Assembly (NCBI GenBank): GCA_977030845.1
Contig: OZ365118.1
Coordinates: 2,914,001-2,978,000, forward strand
Length of the DNA stretch: 64,000 bases
Direction: 5' to 3'
Source of the DNA: Fimbriosthenelais zetlandica
Lineage: Eukaryota
The notes beneath the pieces were generated by a model that did no database searches, was not told where the DNA came from, and saw nothing but the letters and a program-made list of their open reading frames with translations. A program made the position numbers and the translations under genes. This document shows, piece by piece, positions 1 to 13,075 of this stretch; within the stretch, counting starts at the first letter, position 1, and each line of letters starts with the position of its first letter.

Positions 1-14
1 GCTGGGCATAAAAC
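1..14 (-). CDS. Candidate internal exon running off the window start (minus-strand gene)
   Basis: Minus strand reads cccatttactttacag|GTTTTATGCCCAGC, a good acceptor. It lies 278 bp downstream of the donor of the 293-371 exon, and the frame stays open after splicing (GFMPS or VLCPA). Confidence 0.35.
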
Positions 15-292
15 CTGTAAAGTAAATGGGCCGTATAATATATTCCCAAGTTACATAGATTCTGGGTTTGTTCCCGGGGGATTTGTATGAAGGATATTAA
101 CTGAAGCATTCATCAGGCCTACCAGACGAGGCTTGAGCCTATACTCCCTGGTCGTGTCAGCCCGCGCCTGAGCCTCATATAATGGTATATACACCCCAGA
201 GGCTGGCAAGACAATCAGGTTGGTGCCCTACACAGCCAGCCTGCCAGCACCCCTGAGAGTATCAAACGATTGCATTGCTGTGTCGTGATTAC

Positions 293-371
293 CTTTGGAT
301 GGATCTTTATCCATATTGCGTTCCGATGCTGAGATTGTTGGGAATATCTCCAGTGGCCAGGCAAGGCGTGG
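293..371 (-). CDS. Spliced exon (79 nt) of an unidentified minus-strand gene
   Basis: Very long polypyrimidine tract ending ...cccttgtccctgttccctgcccacag| and donor AAG|gtaatc. Two frames are open: HALPGHWRYSQQSQHRNAIWIKIHPK, or ...SERNMDKDPSK with an internal ATG. No homology recognised. Confidence 0.55.
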
Positions 372-3300
372 CTGTGGGCAGGGAACAGGGACAAGGGAAA
401 TGAGGGAGAGAGGTGTGTGTGGGAGAGAGAGAAAGGAGAGAATGTTAGAGGCAATGTAGAGAATGGTGCTGGCTGGAATGTCATTCTGCCAAAAGAGGTC
501 ATGACATCTAAGTGAATACTTGTAAGAAGCAGCCATTCAAACGTGAGCAAGTTGGATTTAAATTTCAATGATAACATATATGACAAATTGTTAAACAATC
601 CCTCACCGATTTTGGAGTGTAAATTCATCTTTAAAACGTCATGTTTTAGCGATAAGATAATATGAAAAAGATAGTATAATAGTTTCGTTTTTTCTTCAGA
701 TTGACACCAGCGAAATGAAGCCAAGAAAAGGATAGTGACTGGGGGATTATAGAGGAGCAGCTCAGCGAGTAAAAGGTACAACATACACGGTTATGTTACT
801 CACTAGTACCAGCTAGATTATTGTCTAAGATAAATTCTTAGCTAGAATTCCTAGTTAGAACCAGTACTGGGGAGTCTAGCGTCAATATGTATTCCTAATA
901 TAGGTTCCAGCAGATGAGCAACTCATCTTCTAAACTGGGTTGCCTTGCAAAGGGCTACCAAAATATTTTATATTTTATTTTTGAAATTTGTTGGTGAAGT
1001 CCATTCCTTTCAAGGTCAGCTGAAATATTATATATACTATGTATGTTCTATCATATGTAAGTCACATATAATTGGTGTTGTAGTTATCAGCGACTAAAAA
1101 ATCGTCAGAAGAAAGATGTATCAAGAATTATTAAATAAATGAAATAAATAATTTGAATAGAAAGCTTAAAATGAACATAATTAGAGTTTATGAAGTTTGT
1201 TGGTGTGAGTGTAGGGCTGGGTGTCCAATAGTAGCTATCACACCTCATCTACTTTATTTGACTGGCCGTCTCTGTACACGATCGTGGAGAAGTCAGACTA
1301 GATTAAGATTCATGTCTTCTTCACGTGTGGCGACTATAGCAGACACCATCTTCTAGCTGTGCCTTGCTCCTACTAGCCAGACCTCCCATATCTAACCGCC
1401 CGTCTTAATAAATGCCACATCCCCTTTGCCAAACGTAGCTACATTGGCAGACTTCTACAGAAACTTATAGCTATGATCCATCTAATATTTATAAAGGCTG
1501 ACTTCTACTTTTACCACCTTTTTCTCCGGAAAATACTTTTCCTGGAGGTCTTTCTTGAGTTTATATGACTTTTAGTTACACCAATTCCATGTATTTTCAG
1601 GTAGTCACAATCAGATTTGTATTCTAGTGATCTTAAGATATTTTTCTGTAAGTTTCTAACTTACAATAAGATAATTTTATGTAAATTTCTAACTTATATT
1701 AAGATATTTTGGGTGATTTTGAGCATTAAACTTGTAACAAGGACTGCCAAGATGTTTTGGGAATAGAATCAGAGACAGGCGTCTTTGTGGCCAGATCCAT
1801 ATCATTGATTTACCCATCAAGTGATGAGATCATATCTCTACAAAAATCTCATAGTCTTTGTTCTCATAATTAGGAGCTTTCAAGCGCTTGGTTTTTGCAT
1901 ATTGTGGAGCATTCCTTCAGTGAGATAGTATCTTTTATAATTATATTGCCTATCACACTGAGACTGACTGAGAAGGGCTCCGTTCTTTATGACAAGTAGA
2001 GCGTACAGCTGCTTATGGTCTCATGATGAGAGATTTTTCTTCAAAAGACCAGTATTTCTGATATCATGGGAGTTAGGATTGGATGCATATACTAATGAGT
2101 GCAACTTATATCATTAGTAAGGCCTACATATTCAGATCACAGGCGAGGGAAGATATGCTCTATATTATAGTAACAAATGTAATATATAGTTTGCCTTTAT
2201 AAAGCCTGGAACACACTAATCCTATTCTCTATCCGGCTCCATCCGATAGCTGACCAAAACTATATTTCTATTCACACCAAATGCTTGTAATTTGAAAAAA
2301 CCTTTACCCCTAGGTAAGGTTAAGCAGTGACAACATTTCAATCATTGAATGCCATTAGAAGTGGGGGTTCGGATGGCGACGGATTGGAGAATCGGATGAG
2401 TGTGTTCCAGGCACCAAGGGTCTATTTTGTATGTTCATTAACCACGGTGCCATTGACAGCCAGCAGAAATCTCTAGGATATAGTTTCCAATCAGGTTGAG
2501 TGTATATGTTGCTTGAGCTACAAGGCTGCATATAGACAACCACTGTAGGCACTTGTTCTTATCTTCGTGCCAAGCAATTATGGTGAGATTAAGGCAGGCT
2601 TATGCATATGTGATGTTTCCTTGTTTTATTATTGCCAGAGGAAGCCTTTGTATAGCTAGGTCATTGTTTATAATTATATGTCAGAGATGAGATCAGTGCA
2701 ATTAACAGGGGATGATTAGATGTGAAAGTATATTATGGAACACAGCCATACTTGTACATGTACTCATATAAGATCTATAGGGTATCACTCAGCAAAATCA
2801 TCTCATAATTATTATGTATAAATTCCTACATAAATCGATCAAAAATGCCCAGAAATTTTGTTTTGTCTTTGGTGTTGGGTTGAATTGCAATATAAATTGA
2901 CAAATTCTTTAATAGGGAAATTCTTGATTAGTAAGTGGTCTATCCACTTTAGTAAACACTGTAATTGGTCCGATTTCATTGCAGTGAATTATGATCATTA
3001 TAATTCACCGCGATTTCAAGCAATAAATTACCGGAAAGCATCAAAACAGTGTACTAATTTATAATAAAACCCTGAATGGAAAGGCGGATGGCGGACATTG
3101 GGATATTTTTTTCGCCTGTGGGTATCATAGCAGAACCGGGGAAGCAATTATAATTGCTAGTGCTGAACCACATTTGACTGACATAAGAAATAAATCAGGG
3201 GGAAATGTTAGATAAGGGAATGATTGGCCGGTATAATTGTGATCGATTATGGTAGAGAACATGGCAGCGGGGTGAGCACAAACATTCATTTGTTAATGTG

Positions 3301-6083
3301 AGGAAGGCACACGTGAAAGACAGTCTAATTCCGAGAAGGAAAGAGATGATGATGCAGATGTGTCAGGCTTGTAGATAGATATGACAATCTCATTGGGCGA
3401 GCTCACACTAATCAGCTCGGGGCAGTGCTAATGACATATAAGGCTGGAGATTAAGCAATTTAACCACTGTGCTTCTGCTCCATATAGCATATGACACTGT
3501 GAAATTATTCAGCTAAGTGAATGAGCGATGGGAGGTGTGCTCTTTACTGAGTTTTTATCATTGTCAACTCAGACATCCTCCGTTGAAGAATTGCCTTGAG
3601 TGGGACTCCCCAATTCAAGCCATCAATCTCTCCTTTGTTCTTTCATTTCCCTCTCGCAAATTAAAGTCAATTTAGATTAATATATTAATGTCCTCTTAAT
3701 TAATCACGTGCAGGATAATCAACTAGGGTTTCCACTTTGATTAATCAAAGTTTGAGTAAGGCTCTTGGAGGAAGTTGTCTTTTATAAACTTCCTATAGCC
3801 TACATCCATCATAATAAGGCTGAAATTCTTAATTGCAACTTCTCTGAGTAATTAAAAGACATGTCAATGAATGGAATTTGGTGGTGAGATGGTGCGTTTG
3901 TAGGTAGGTGGTAAGATGATGGTAATTCCCCCATGTACTGGTAGTAATCGCACATTCTGCCCACCACCCAACCTTAGCCTATCCATCACCACTCCTGACA
4001 CGCAGGCGATTAGCCACGCTTCACCTAATTGCCATGTGGCTTCACACAGCCAAGTGGCTTCTTATACCGCACCAATCTCCCTACCCCAGTATATTCAAAG
4101 ATTCTCCAATGGTGCTGCGTGGATTTTTATTTTAAGTTCCATATTCTAGTGATGAAATTGAGTCTGTATCGGCAGGGAATTTATACTCAGTCATCATAAT
4201 ACCATTAGCTGGTGCTAGATTTCCCCTCCAGGGGCACTTAGGATGGCATTCAAGATGGCACTCTCTCGCAGCAAGAAGGCCCATTTAGCCGCATTAGCAC
4301 AAGCAAAGATGGCAAATGAAATGCAAACCACCGTGGGGAGGTTCATGATCTAAATCTCCTAGTGTAGGATGAAAAACACATTTTCCCGGTAAAGGCATAG
4401 CTGGGTTAATGGGCATTCACAATACACTTATATGACCCCCTTGGGCTTGGCTCCTTCCCTCTCCAAAGCCATCTCAATTGCGTGTATTGAATGATATACT
4501 AAGTTGCTAAGTACTGGCCTGCACTATGTGCGTGTAAGACTATATCACATAGTGGCACATTTCGTTATCTTTACAGCCAATATGTCGCTTTTAATGCGAT
4601 TTTCCAGGATCCTTCCTAATATGTACTGAGCACAGAAAGTGAAATATCACCAATAAGGTACTTTTACTCAGCGTCTGCATGTGTTAAAGGTTAGAGTCCT
4701 TTATTTAGTGGCAATGAATGCCGTCAGTAAGTGGACTCAAACTCTCCACTCCTGGCAATATTTGTCTGTATTTAAGTGTCTGTGATGCATTCACAGACCA
4801 AAGTGAACTTGCAAATTTATTTCAAAATTTTAATCATATCAGTACGCCTACTAGATGATAAAATATCCTCAAATGCCATTTGAAATTATTTCAAGCCAAA
4901 TCATTTAAAATAGAAGGAAATCTTATACAAAGCAGTTGAATTTAATCTGTAATAAATTTCAGGGGCGAGAGAAATATAAGAGTAGATTGTTTTTCTACTT
5001 CGATATCTGTTAGGAAATCCAATAACTCGTTCATATTCGATGTGCTGAGTGTTTTGGGTGGTTATATCCAGTCTAGAGATTAAATTAACAGCATTTGTAT
5101 GTATTGACCGTTAATATTATTTTTTAACATTGTCTTGAGATCTAGAGTGAATGTCTGCGCCTTCTATATATTCACAAGCCATAAATAAGCAAGGCAGACC
5201 GAATGAATAATATATATACAAGTAATTGCATTGATAATCTATTTAGTTTTGTGGAGTGCCTCGAACTGAGCTGGTCTTGTGTTGACGGGAGATAAAATAA
5301 ATATACCTACCTCCCAGCCGCCTGTTTTTAAGTATCGTCTGCATCCACCGACTGAAGGACAGGGCCTGCAACATGAGTTTTAAGTTAAGAATAAAAACTG
5401 GAGCCTTATTCAACCATCAGATTGTAGTATTGGAAATAAAAACCCTAAAGATGAACGCTTCCCCTTGCCTTGTAATTGTCATGTAATATGGGTCCAGAGT
5501 TGGTATGGCTTGAGGCCTTTAGTCTGGTTCATAATGGGGTTCAGAGTTGTTTTATGACTTAGCCCGGGCTCTGTGGCTGGCTTAACCTGAAGTGAAGGTA
5601 ATATGTATTGATTTAGACAAAGCTAGAGATAATGTAAGGCTTTATTGATGCTATAAGTTCCACAGGCTTTGAACAAAAAGAAGATTTATACTGATTATAG
5701 CCATATAGGAATCAGCTTGTTAGAGCCAAGAGCAAACTCTCATCTCCTCAAATTAGGCTTAACTTTCCTTAAAACATAGCAATATATCTCTGTAAATCAT
5801 ATCTCTTCTTGGAGTATTATTCTAAAACTGATGTTATTAAAGAACAAAGGGCGAAATAAGTTGGTCAGCTTGGTCAACTTTGAGCAACCCACGCGAGCAG
5901 CCCATAGACTCAGTCACTCCCCCTATCGGATGAATAGTTTTCCTCTTTTCTGAGGCACAAGATCTGCATAAAACTGGTCAAAAGTGTATCAAACTATGAA
6001 TCCTATCCTACTGCTAGCACCATGTATCTTCTGGTGACGAAATTAAATATATAAATCAAGAAATCAGAATGATTTTAATTTAC

Positions 6084-6163
6084 CTTGCTCTGAAATTGGT
6101 CAGCAAGCCGCCATGACAGTCGTCAGGTAACCTACTGCCCCCACCGGCGGAGTTAGGAACCAT
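6084..6163 (-). CDS. Candidate first coding exon (MVPNSAGGGSRLPDDCHGGLLTNFRA) of the minus-strand gene
   Basis: ATG at 6163, open to the donor CAAG|gtaaat at 6083. There is no upstream polypyrimidine tract, as expected for a first exon. Its phase 2 end joins the 293-371 exon without a stop, and it sits next to a CpG-rich promoter. Confidence 0.35.
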
Positions 6164-6379
6164 ATCAGGTCTCAGCTCACCGAATGATTCCTTTATGCCT
6201 GGACATTCGATTATCACACTCTTTGCCTTTTAAAACTGCCCCCAAAAGTCATAATATTGCTGTTCATATATGTTTAGCAAATACATTTAATTTATAATTG
6301 GACGGGATGAAGATTAATAATCCCTCTCATCATTTCTCATGTCGAGGACGATCCCCGCACCTGCTCGATCCCTTCCAGA

Positions 6380-6760
6380 CTTGGACCGACCCAATTCTAT
6401 TAAAAGGGGAGGTTGGTTGATCCATGACACCCACGTGACCGCCAAGCGACCAATGAGAGAAGCGGAAAGCGGAAACGGGGGCGATTCCATTTCCCGTGCT
6501 CCCCCCGCCCAACTCGTGGTCAGAGCGGCTGGCGATTTTGAGCCTTAGTCATCACCGCGGAAACGAACCACAAAACGGATTAATTTACGCGGAATTTAAC
6601 CTGATTAACGCCACGAATTGTGAGTATTTTCAAACCTTATACTGTTAGGCAGCCTCTGGTGATAAAAGGTTGACTTGGCGAACGTTTTAATTACTATTTT
6701 TCGGTGATGACAGGTGACCGCGTTGGATCACTCACTGATTCAAATTGGCCGCCATTTTTT
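6380..6760. promoter_or_regulatory. CpG-rich, probably bidirectional Pol II promoter
   Basis: CCAAT at 6391 and 6450, E-box CACGTGAC at 6432, tandem GCGGAA at 6461-6475, and YY1-type CCGCCATTTT at 6749. Local CpG enrichment, with splice donors pointing outward on both sides (6083 minus, 6620 plus). Confidence 0.55.
6500..6619 (+). other. Candidate non-coding first exon of a plus-strand transcript (5' end approximate)
   Basis: Ends at the donor ATT|gtgagt (6620) just downstream of the promoter motifs. Contains no ATG. Confidence 0.4.
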
Positions 6761-8885
6761 TTAATGTCAACAAGTGTCAACAAGTTGAATATTTGGATAT
6801 TTACCAATTGAATTGTTACTAAATGCCGACAGAAACGCTTGGTTTGTGAATATAAGTATGTTATTGTTGCATATTGTGTGTTTAGACGAGTGTGTGTGAG
6901 GTAAAATATAGTTGTCGGTGGAAGTTTATGGCGTGAAACGTAAAGATTCCAAAAAATGTTTGGAAAGCAATGGTTCTCTTGTGTCTGGTTGAGGTTTAAC
7001 CCTTCCTGAAGCGATATTCAAGTGTGAAAATGTGTTTACATCTAGATTTCTCTAGAAAGAGGGTAACTAAACCTGTTCCAACCAAAGCAGGTCGCATTCT
7101 TTGGCTTTGGTTGCGTAATTGACAGCTCGAGAACAGTGTCGGTGACACCCAGTTTCCTATTTATATTACAAGGCAATTAGCACAAACGTTTCAATATATC
7201 TGCTTGAAATCGGTCATGGATATATGCACACAACTTTAGGCTCAATATTGGCTCAATACTTTTGACATTTACGAGTCCAAAGGAGATAGGAGGAGGGAAT
7301 AGATCGAGATGTGATTGTATTTGATTGAAAATATTTTGCTTGTAATTTTATTGGGGGTGGTGAGGCAGTGGTTAAATCTATATTATGAGTTGTAATTGCT
7401 GTATTTTGACTGGATTTAGAGTAAGGCCATGTAATGGTACTGTAGCTTGTACTGGTTGAGTCTTGTGTTTGTAGTAAAACCTCCTGGGCCTGCTCCATTA
7501 TAAGCTGCCTCATTGTTTATTACTAGTTAGGCATTGTTTTCCCCTCCTCATCCTTGCTTTTTGGACCATGAATCCTAATCACAGATAGCTGTTCCTATCA
7601 TTCACCGTCTTTAGATAAGCGGGCATATAGACGAGTTTGCCTCAGATTTTATTTGGGTATGCATTATTGGGAAAATGGTCATACACACTCCATTAATGAA
7701 ATATAAAAACCCATTGCCTTTTCCTTGTATTTCCATTATTTTGATCATAAATTTCCCATTTAATACAATGATGAGCATTTTATATCTGTTTTATAACTGC
7801 AAATAACCACAATAGCTTATGAATACACAATAGTTTCCTAATATTCTGACCAGGCTTTTGCCATATTGGCCTGTGCTATAATGGAATCCCATTTTATGTA
7901 GTTTATTACCCCATGGATGGTCTATTAGTGCCATAATTCGCCCATTTCATTTATAAATGCCAATAAATCCAACCATGTTGATAAGATATTTATTCTCATA
8001 ATGTATGAAGGTACATTGTGTATGGGAATGACATGCTGCATGAGGGGCCTGATGCCCATCTTAATTTAGTATGGATTTTTTAAAAACCCCCTCCTGGGAT
8101 ATGGCTGTGCGGTGCCAAGCACATCTCTGTCACAAGCCTGCCGCCATGATTACTCCTGTTAATTATCCTCCTTTATTGACATTCATCAGATTCCTAACTC
8201 AAAAAAATACTTCATTTCTTCTACCCTTTCCATCATCGACTTGAACCTTTTTACGCTGCGGCCCAACATGATTGAATATTTTACTAATGGATTTTTGTTC
8301 GATGTATTTGACACAAGTACCCCTCCATCCCATGTATGGTGATAGTTCCGAACGGTAAAAACAAAATCGAATGCCTGTCGAAAAAAGCCATCCGTCAGAT
8401 AAGTTGTCATATTCCTTGGCGGCATTCAGGACTCCCTCCTGGAAGGAGCGATCCCAGTCTTGCCCACAATTTTCATTTTCAAAGTGCCCGTTGCCAATTA
8501 TCAATATGGTGCTACTTTTAAGACCTCAATTTCACGCTCGTGCTTTTGCCAAGCATCCTTTGCCGTGCCTATAAACATGAAAGGACCAACAATATATATA
8601 CACGGGACTGAACTCCATAAGTGGCTTAGGTGGCTACTTTCACTATACTACTAACTCAGACTGTTCTTATAGGGGAAGGGCCAATAGACTACCCTCTCAG
8701 GGAGGTTACATAATGGTAACTTATATCCTAGAAGACTGCTAGGCAATAGAATTCAACACCTTATACTCCCCTCTGTCTACACTGGGGCCAACTTAGACTT
8801 CCTTTTCAACTTAGATACGAACGGAAGACATCTATAATAAGAAGCCACTGTCGTAATAACTAAAGGTTTACTTTCCTTTTTATAG

Positions 8886-8972
8886 GGTGTTAGATATATC
8901 GGAGTGACACTCACACCTAAGCTTCCGACTCTCGCCGCTCTTCCCCAAGGAAGTCCACTGCTCAAACTCCCT
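8886..8972 (+). CDS. Candidate 87-nt symmetric exon (GVRYIGVTLTPKLPTLAALPQGSPLLKLP)
   Basis: Acceptor taataactaaaggtttactttcctttttatag| and donor CCT|gtaagt. Only phase 0 is open. It could instead be UTR or a LINE RT-like remnant (YIGVTL resembles YLGV.LD). Confidence 0.35.
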
Positions 8973-9896
8973 GTAAGTATCTCATATTATTAGTTATGAA
9001 AAAATGAACGCATTTGGGACATGGGCCAAACTTTATTATTTCATTTTTTCATCTGTTTTTCTATGATTATGTGCATTCCTTCACATGAATTTATTCATGG
9101 ATAATCCAAAACAAAATATTATGTCTTTGGATATGTGAGTAGGTCTAAAGAAACTGTGTGGGGAAACTGGTGAATGTTCTTGCTCAGCTAATAAGAACAT
9201 ATGTATACAGATGCTGGGGATAATGTTCTTGTTGAACATCTTTATTACTGCATAGGAAAATGGGAATATGCTCCTTACATCTTGTTTTTTCTCCTGTAAT
9301 ATGAACAAGAGAGATGGGAATATCTGAACAACAGGCCCATATAAAGCAATGCAACAGGTGGTAGGGGTAAACTATAGCTACTGGCGGGTTATAAAATCCT
9401 TATAAATAGCCAATAAAAGAGGCGCTGGTGATATCTAACTTTATAAAATATTAATAAGGCAGATATTAGTCTGACTGTATTATGTATGGAGATGGGATAA
9501 CTGGGGTAATAATTCATGCTCTCTGACACTTAAGGTGCTTTCAATATGACCAAATGATCAATCAGAAATGTGACCCACTTTCTATTTGAGCTGCTCTTTT
9601 TGCTGCTCATTAGCATCCTGGGCTGGGTAGTGTAGGATGGGGGGCTGGCAGGCCTATTTTCTACTTGATGCAGGGTCGAATACCAACTAGATCTCCTCTC
9701 CCACATTTCATTAGCTCTTAAAACCTATAGAGCCTCGAGAATTAGAAATGAAGAAGATTGGAGTTTACCCAGAAATGTTAGGGATCCCACCCAGATCCAC
9801 CCTTGTAAAGAATTTCATCCTATAGGAGTATAGATGAATTTTAATCCATTAGTCCATAGTATTTTGATGACTTGCATATCCTTTGTGTGGGCCTGA

Positions 9897-9994
9897 ATAT
9901 TAAGGAAACTTCCTTGTATATTAAGGAAACTTCCTTGTATATTAAGGAAACTTCCTTGTATATTAAGGAAACTTCCTTGTATATTAAGGAAACT
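9897..9994. repeat. 21-bp tandem repeat, ~4.7 copies (ATATTAAGGAAACTTCCTTGT)
   Basis: Identical copies are directly visible. The unit is quasi-palindromic (AAGGAA-AC-TTCCTT). Confidence 0.95.
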
Positions 9995-12770
9995 AACTAG
10001 CATAGGCAGGTGCTATTGAATTATTATGGTAAATGTATTTTAATTCAGAAAAATCGGAGAAATGTATAGTTCAATTGCTCCTGGTAGATAGGACATATAT
10101 TTAGCCAGTGCTATATATTGCATTCTTTGACTTTATTTAAGAGCACTATAGGCAGGTGCAAGGAATAGAGCTTTTAGTTAATAAGAGACAAAGGCTACAC
10201 AACCAGACTGGCATCCATTTCCTCCCTGCTAGCACAGAAGCCCCCCACCCCCATAAAATCTTCACAATTTGCCAGACCAATGAACATTTATGAACCTCGG
10301 GAGAGTTCACTCGAAAATGAAAGACAGAATATGGCAATGGATCTTGTTTATTATCATTAGATCTGGGGAGAAGGTGGCTTTTTTAACGGCCATAACGTGA
10401 AATATTTATGAGCGTACTGGGGTATGAATGAACTCCAATGCTAAATATCGCAGCACCGCTGGGGCTAGCACTTGGTGGTGATGGATAGCGGAAGTCTTTA
10501 GGAAGACTTGGAGCTTCAATTTACAGGCAAGGCCCCATTCCGAAAAAGGTGTTTGTCTTCATTACCTTGTGTTTTATCCTGGCAGACCATTTTGGCTAGC
10601 CTTTAAACTCTCATATTAGTAGTTAAGCATCTCGCTTCTACTAAAGAAAGTGATAGGGATAGGGAGACATTAGGTTTTTAAACATTAGCTCTAAATGAAT
10701 GTTAAATGAATGATGGATCATTAGTGTACTTTAACAGACATTAGCTATAACGAACATAGATGCACAGCAATAATTTCCTGGTTTTTAAAGTGCCTAACTC
10801 TAAGTAATCATTCTATTCTCCCACTTTCATTACCCTTTGGTATAGACTTGGTATAGAATAAATAGCAAGCATATGCCAACAGTCTAAAGAAGTAAGAGTC
10901 ATCAAGACATTCCTGCAGCATTTATACACCAAGAGCCACTAGATGGAATTGTCAAGTTGTGGGCGGGGGACCTGTCCTGCTGAGTGGCTCAGAGCAGTTG
11001 TTCAGTCAGCTCACGACCCGTTACGTCTGCTCCATGTCACTGTTCCACTCAATGCCTTCCAACAATTGAGGCCATTAGGAAGAAGCCTGGCTGGTGTTGC
11101 TAACATATGTTGACGTCAGATAACTGTGAATTGAGACTGCAAACTATACCAGGGACTTCCACACCTCCACTCCCACATAGAAATTCAGCACTGTATCATC
11201 CATTTGAAAAATTGATATTTCCCCCCGCCAGAATTAGTAATTATTGGGTAATTCGAATGTAGGCACCCATGTATCTAGTCATAAAAACTGCTTATGGTGA
11301 TTAGTCAGGTGGCATGTTGGCCATTTTATGGTGAATTTAAAGCTTAGCCGCAGGTGGATGTCGTTAGGCATCTGATAGTGACGTATTTCCATTGTTTATG
11401 TCACATAGATGCAGCTATGGGACATTGAACCTACCATGTATACATTCTCTATATAATTAGATTGATATTCTGAGGTCACTTATAGGATAATAGTATGTGT
11501 GAAAAGAATAAATAATTTGGGTGGAAAATGAGATAAGACGGGGTAATTGATTGCAGTTAGACGTTATTGATATGGCTTGATTCTGGGAAGCTATTGGATG
11601 TGTAATGGAATTTGGCCAGTGGTGGGTAATTTACACATGTGTTGTCCCACCCCTGGGCCTGGAGGATACCAATAGCAGTGTTCTGCCGGGCCCACATTGT
11701 CACTGGTAGAGAGTGAGGGATGTCTGGGGCTCTAGCCAGGTCGCTGACTATATCAATGTGCCACCGCTAATACTTGTTATCTTCGCTTTTCACATAAACC
11801 CAGCCTCGGCCAAATATTTTAAGCTCGTGTATAGCCTCGTCCCATATTTGCTGGGATCTCTCTCTACCCACATCTCTTTCTGTAGCTAGCTACATAGCTT
11901 TGTAAAGAAATCCCACCCTAGAGTGTTGTCATCCATCTAGAGTGATTACCCTTGCAGCCAGGGCAATGATAGTGTGGGACTGAATGCCCTTCAGGCCTAT
12001 AAATCGTTAAAGACATCAAGCACATTCTTCCTCCTGGGCAATATGCCCCTCCTGGAGACAATCTCCTGGTCGTCAGCAGAAGATGTTGCTGGTTCTTGGG
12101 CCTCCGGTGTAACACTCAATAGCAGCACACAAAACTTCTCTTAATAATTGATCGCGCTCACAGTCCTTGTGATTTAAAGTATTTCTTCAGGCTTAGACTT
12201 TGACTCACAACATATTTGGACGCGGCAAAAGCCCTAGTTCATTTTCAATAGAGCTCTAGTCTCTTCCTCAGAATTATATATGATCTAGATATGAATAAAA
12301 TCTCAACTAGATTCCTGAAAATAGCATGATCTCCTGTTGTGCTCAGGAATTAGAGATTTGGATTTTTCTCTATATACAAATGCAGCATCGCTGTATCATA
12401 AATGCTCATGAATTTGGAAAGTTATTTGATCCAGGCATCTCATAAAATCCTGAGAGCATTTGAGCTTTAGTCGCTCTATACATTAGGCCCTCTGTCGCCA
12501 GTTATGTTGCATGGGGGCTTTAAGCTGTACAATTATACGTTTGTCTGACAAGAAGCAGAGATATCCAGGCTGGAGTTGGGGGATTAAAGCCTTGGCAAAC
12601 AGAGATAACCCTCACCAGTGAAGCACCTCATTGACATCTAAAATACCCAGCTAGTCCCAGCTGAAAGTGAACCAACTATCATCATGTAAGGATCGAAGCC
12701 GTCTAAAGGGCTTTCCCATCCACTGGCGCTTTGATAAAACCTATAGTCACTCCAGGAAAGAAATCAAAGC

Positions 12771-13075
12771 CCACTCTCTGTCTCTCTCCATCCTCTCTCT
12801 CCCTCCCATCTCACTCCCTCTCCAACCACTATGCCCCCTCTCCTCCTCTCTCCCCTCCATCCCCTTTCTTCCCCTATCCCCTTACTGGTCCATCGACCCT
12901 CTCCATCCAATCTATCCCCATCCTTCCTCTACCCCTCCCCCTCCATCCCCTCACTCCCATCCCCTTCCATCCCCTCTCTCCTATCCCCTTCCACCCTCTC
13001 TCCTATCCCCTTCCACCCTCTATCCCATCCCCTTCCACCCTCTATCCCATCTACCCCCCTCCCACCCACCCTCGC
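12771..13075. repeat. C/T-rich low-complexity tract containing a 22-bp tandem (ATCCCCTTCCACCCTCTCTCCT / ATCCCCTTCCACCCTCTATCCC)
   Basis: ~300 bp almost devoid of G, with ~4 copies of the 22-mer at ~12959-13050. Confidence 0.9.

Noticed and set aside
700-776. Plus-strand exon with a good acceptor (tttttcttcag|) and donor (AAG|gtacaa)
   Set aside because: There are stops in all three frames and it lies antisense to the better-supported minus-strand exons. It could only be non-coding.
215-784. Longest ORF in the track (189 aa)
   Set aside because: It reads through a CT-rich polypyrimidine tract and AT-rich intron-like DNA. Only the 293-371 part has splice support.
2978-3014. 15-bp imperfect hairpin (ATTGCAGTGAATTAT...ATAATTCACCGCGAT)
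   Set aside because: It is too short for a pre-miRNA, the outer pairing does not extend, and it is plausible by chance in AT-rich DNA.
7250-8600. Protein-like minus-strand peptides suggesting an endogenous virus or transposase
   Set aside because: When followed in one frame, stops occur at about random frequency, and I recognised no family motif.
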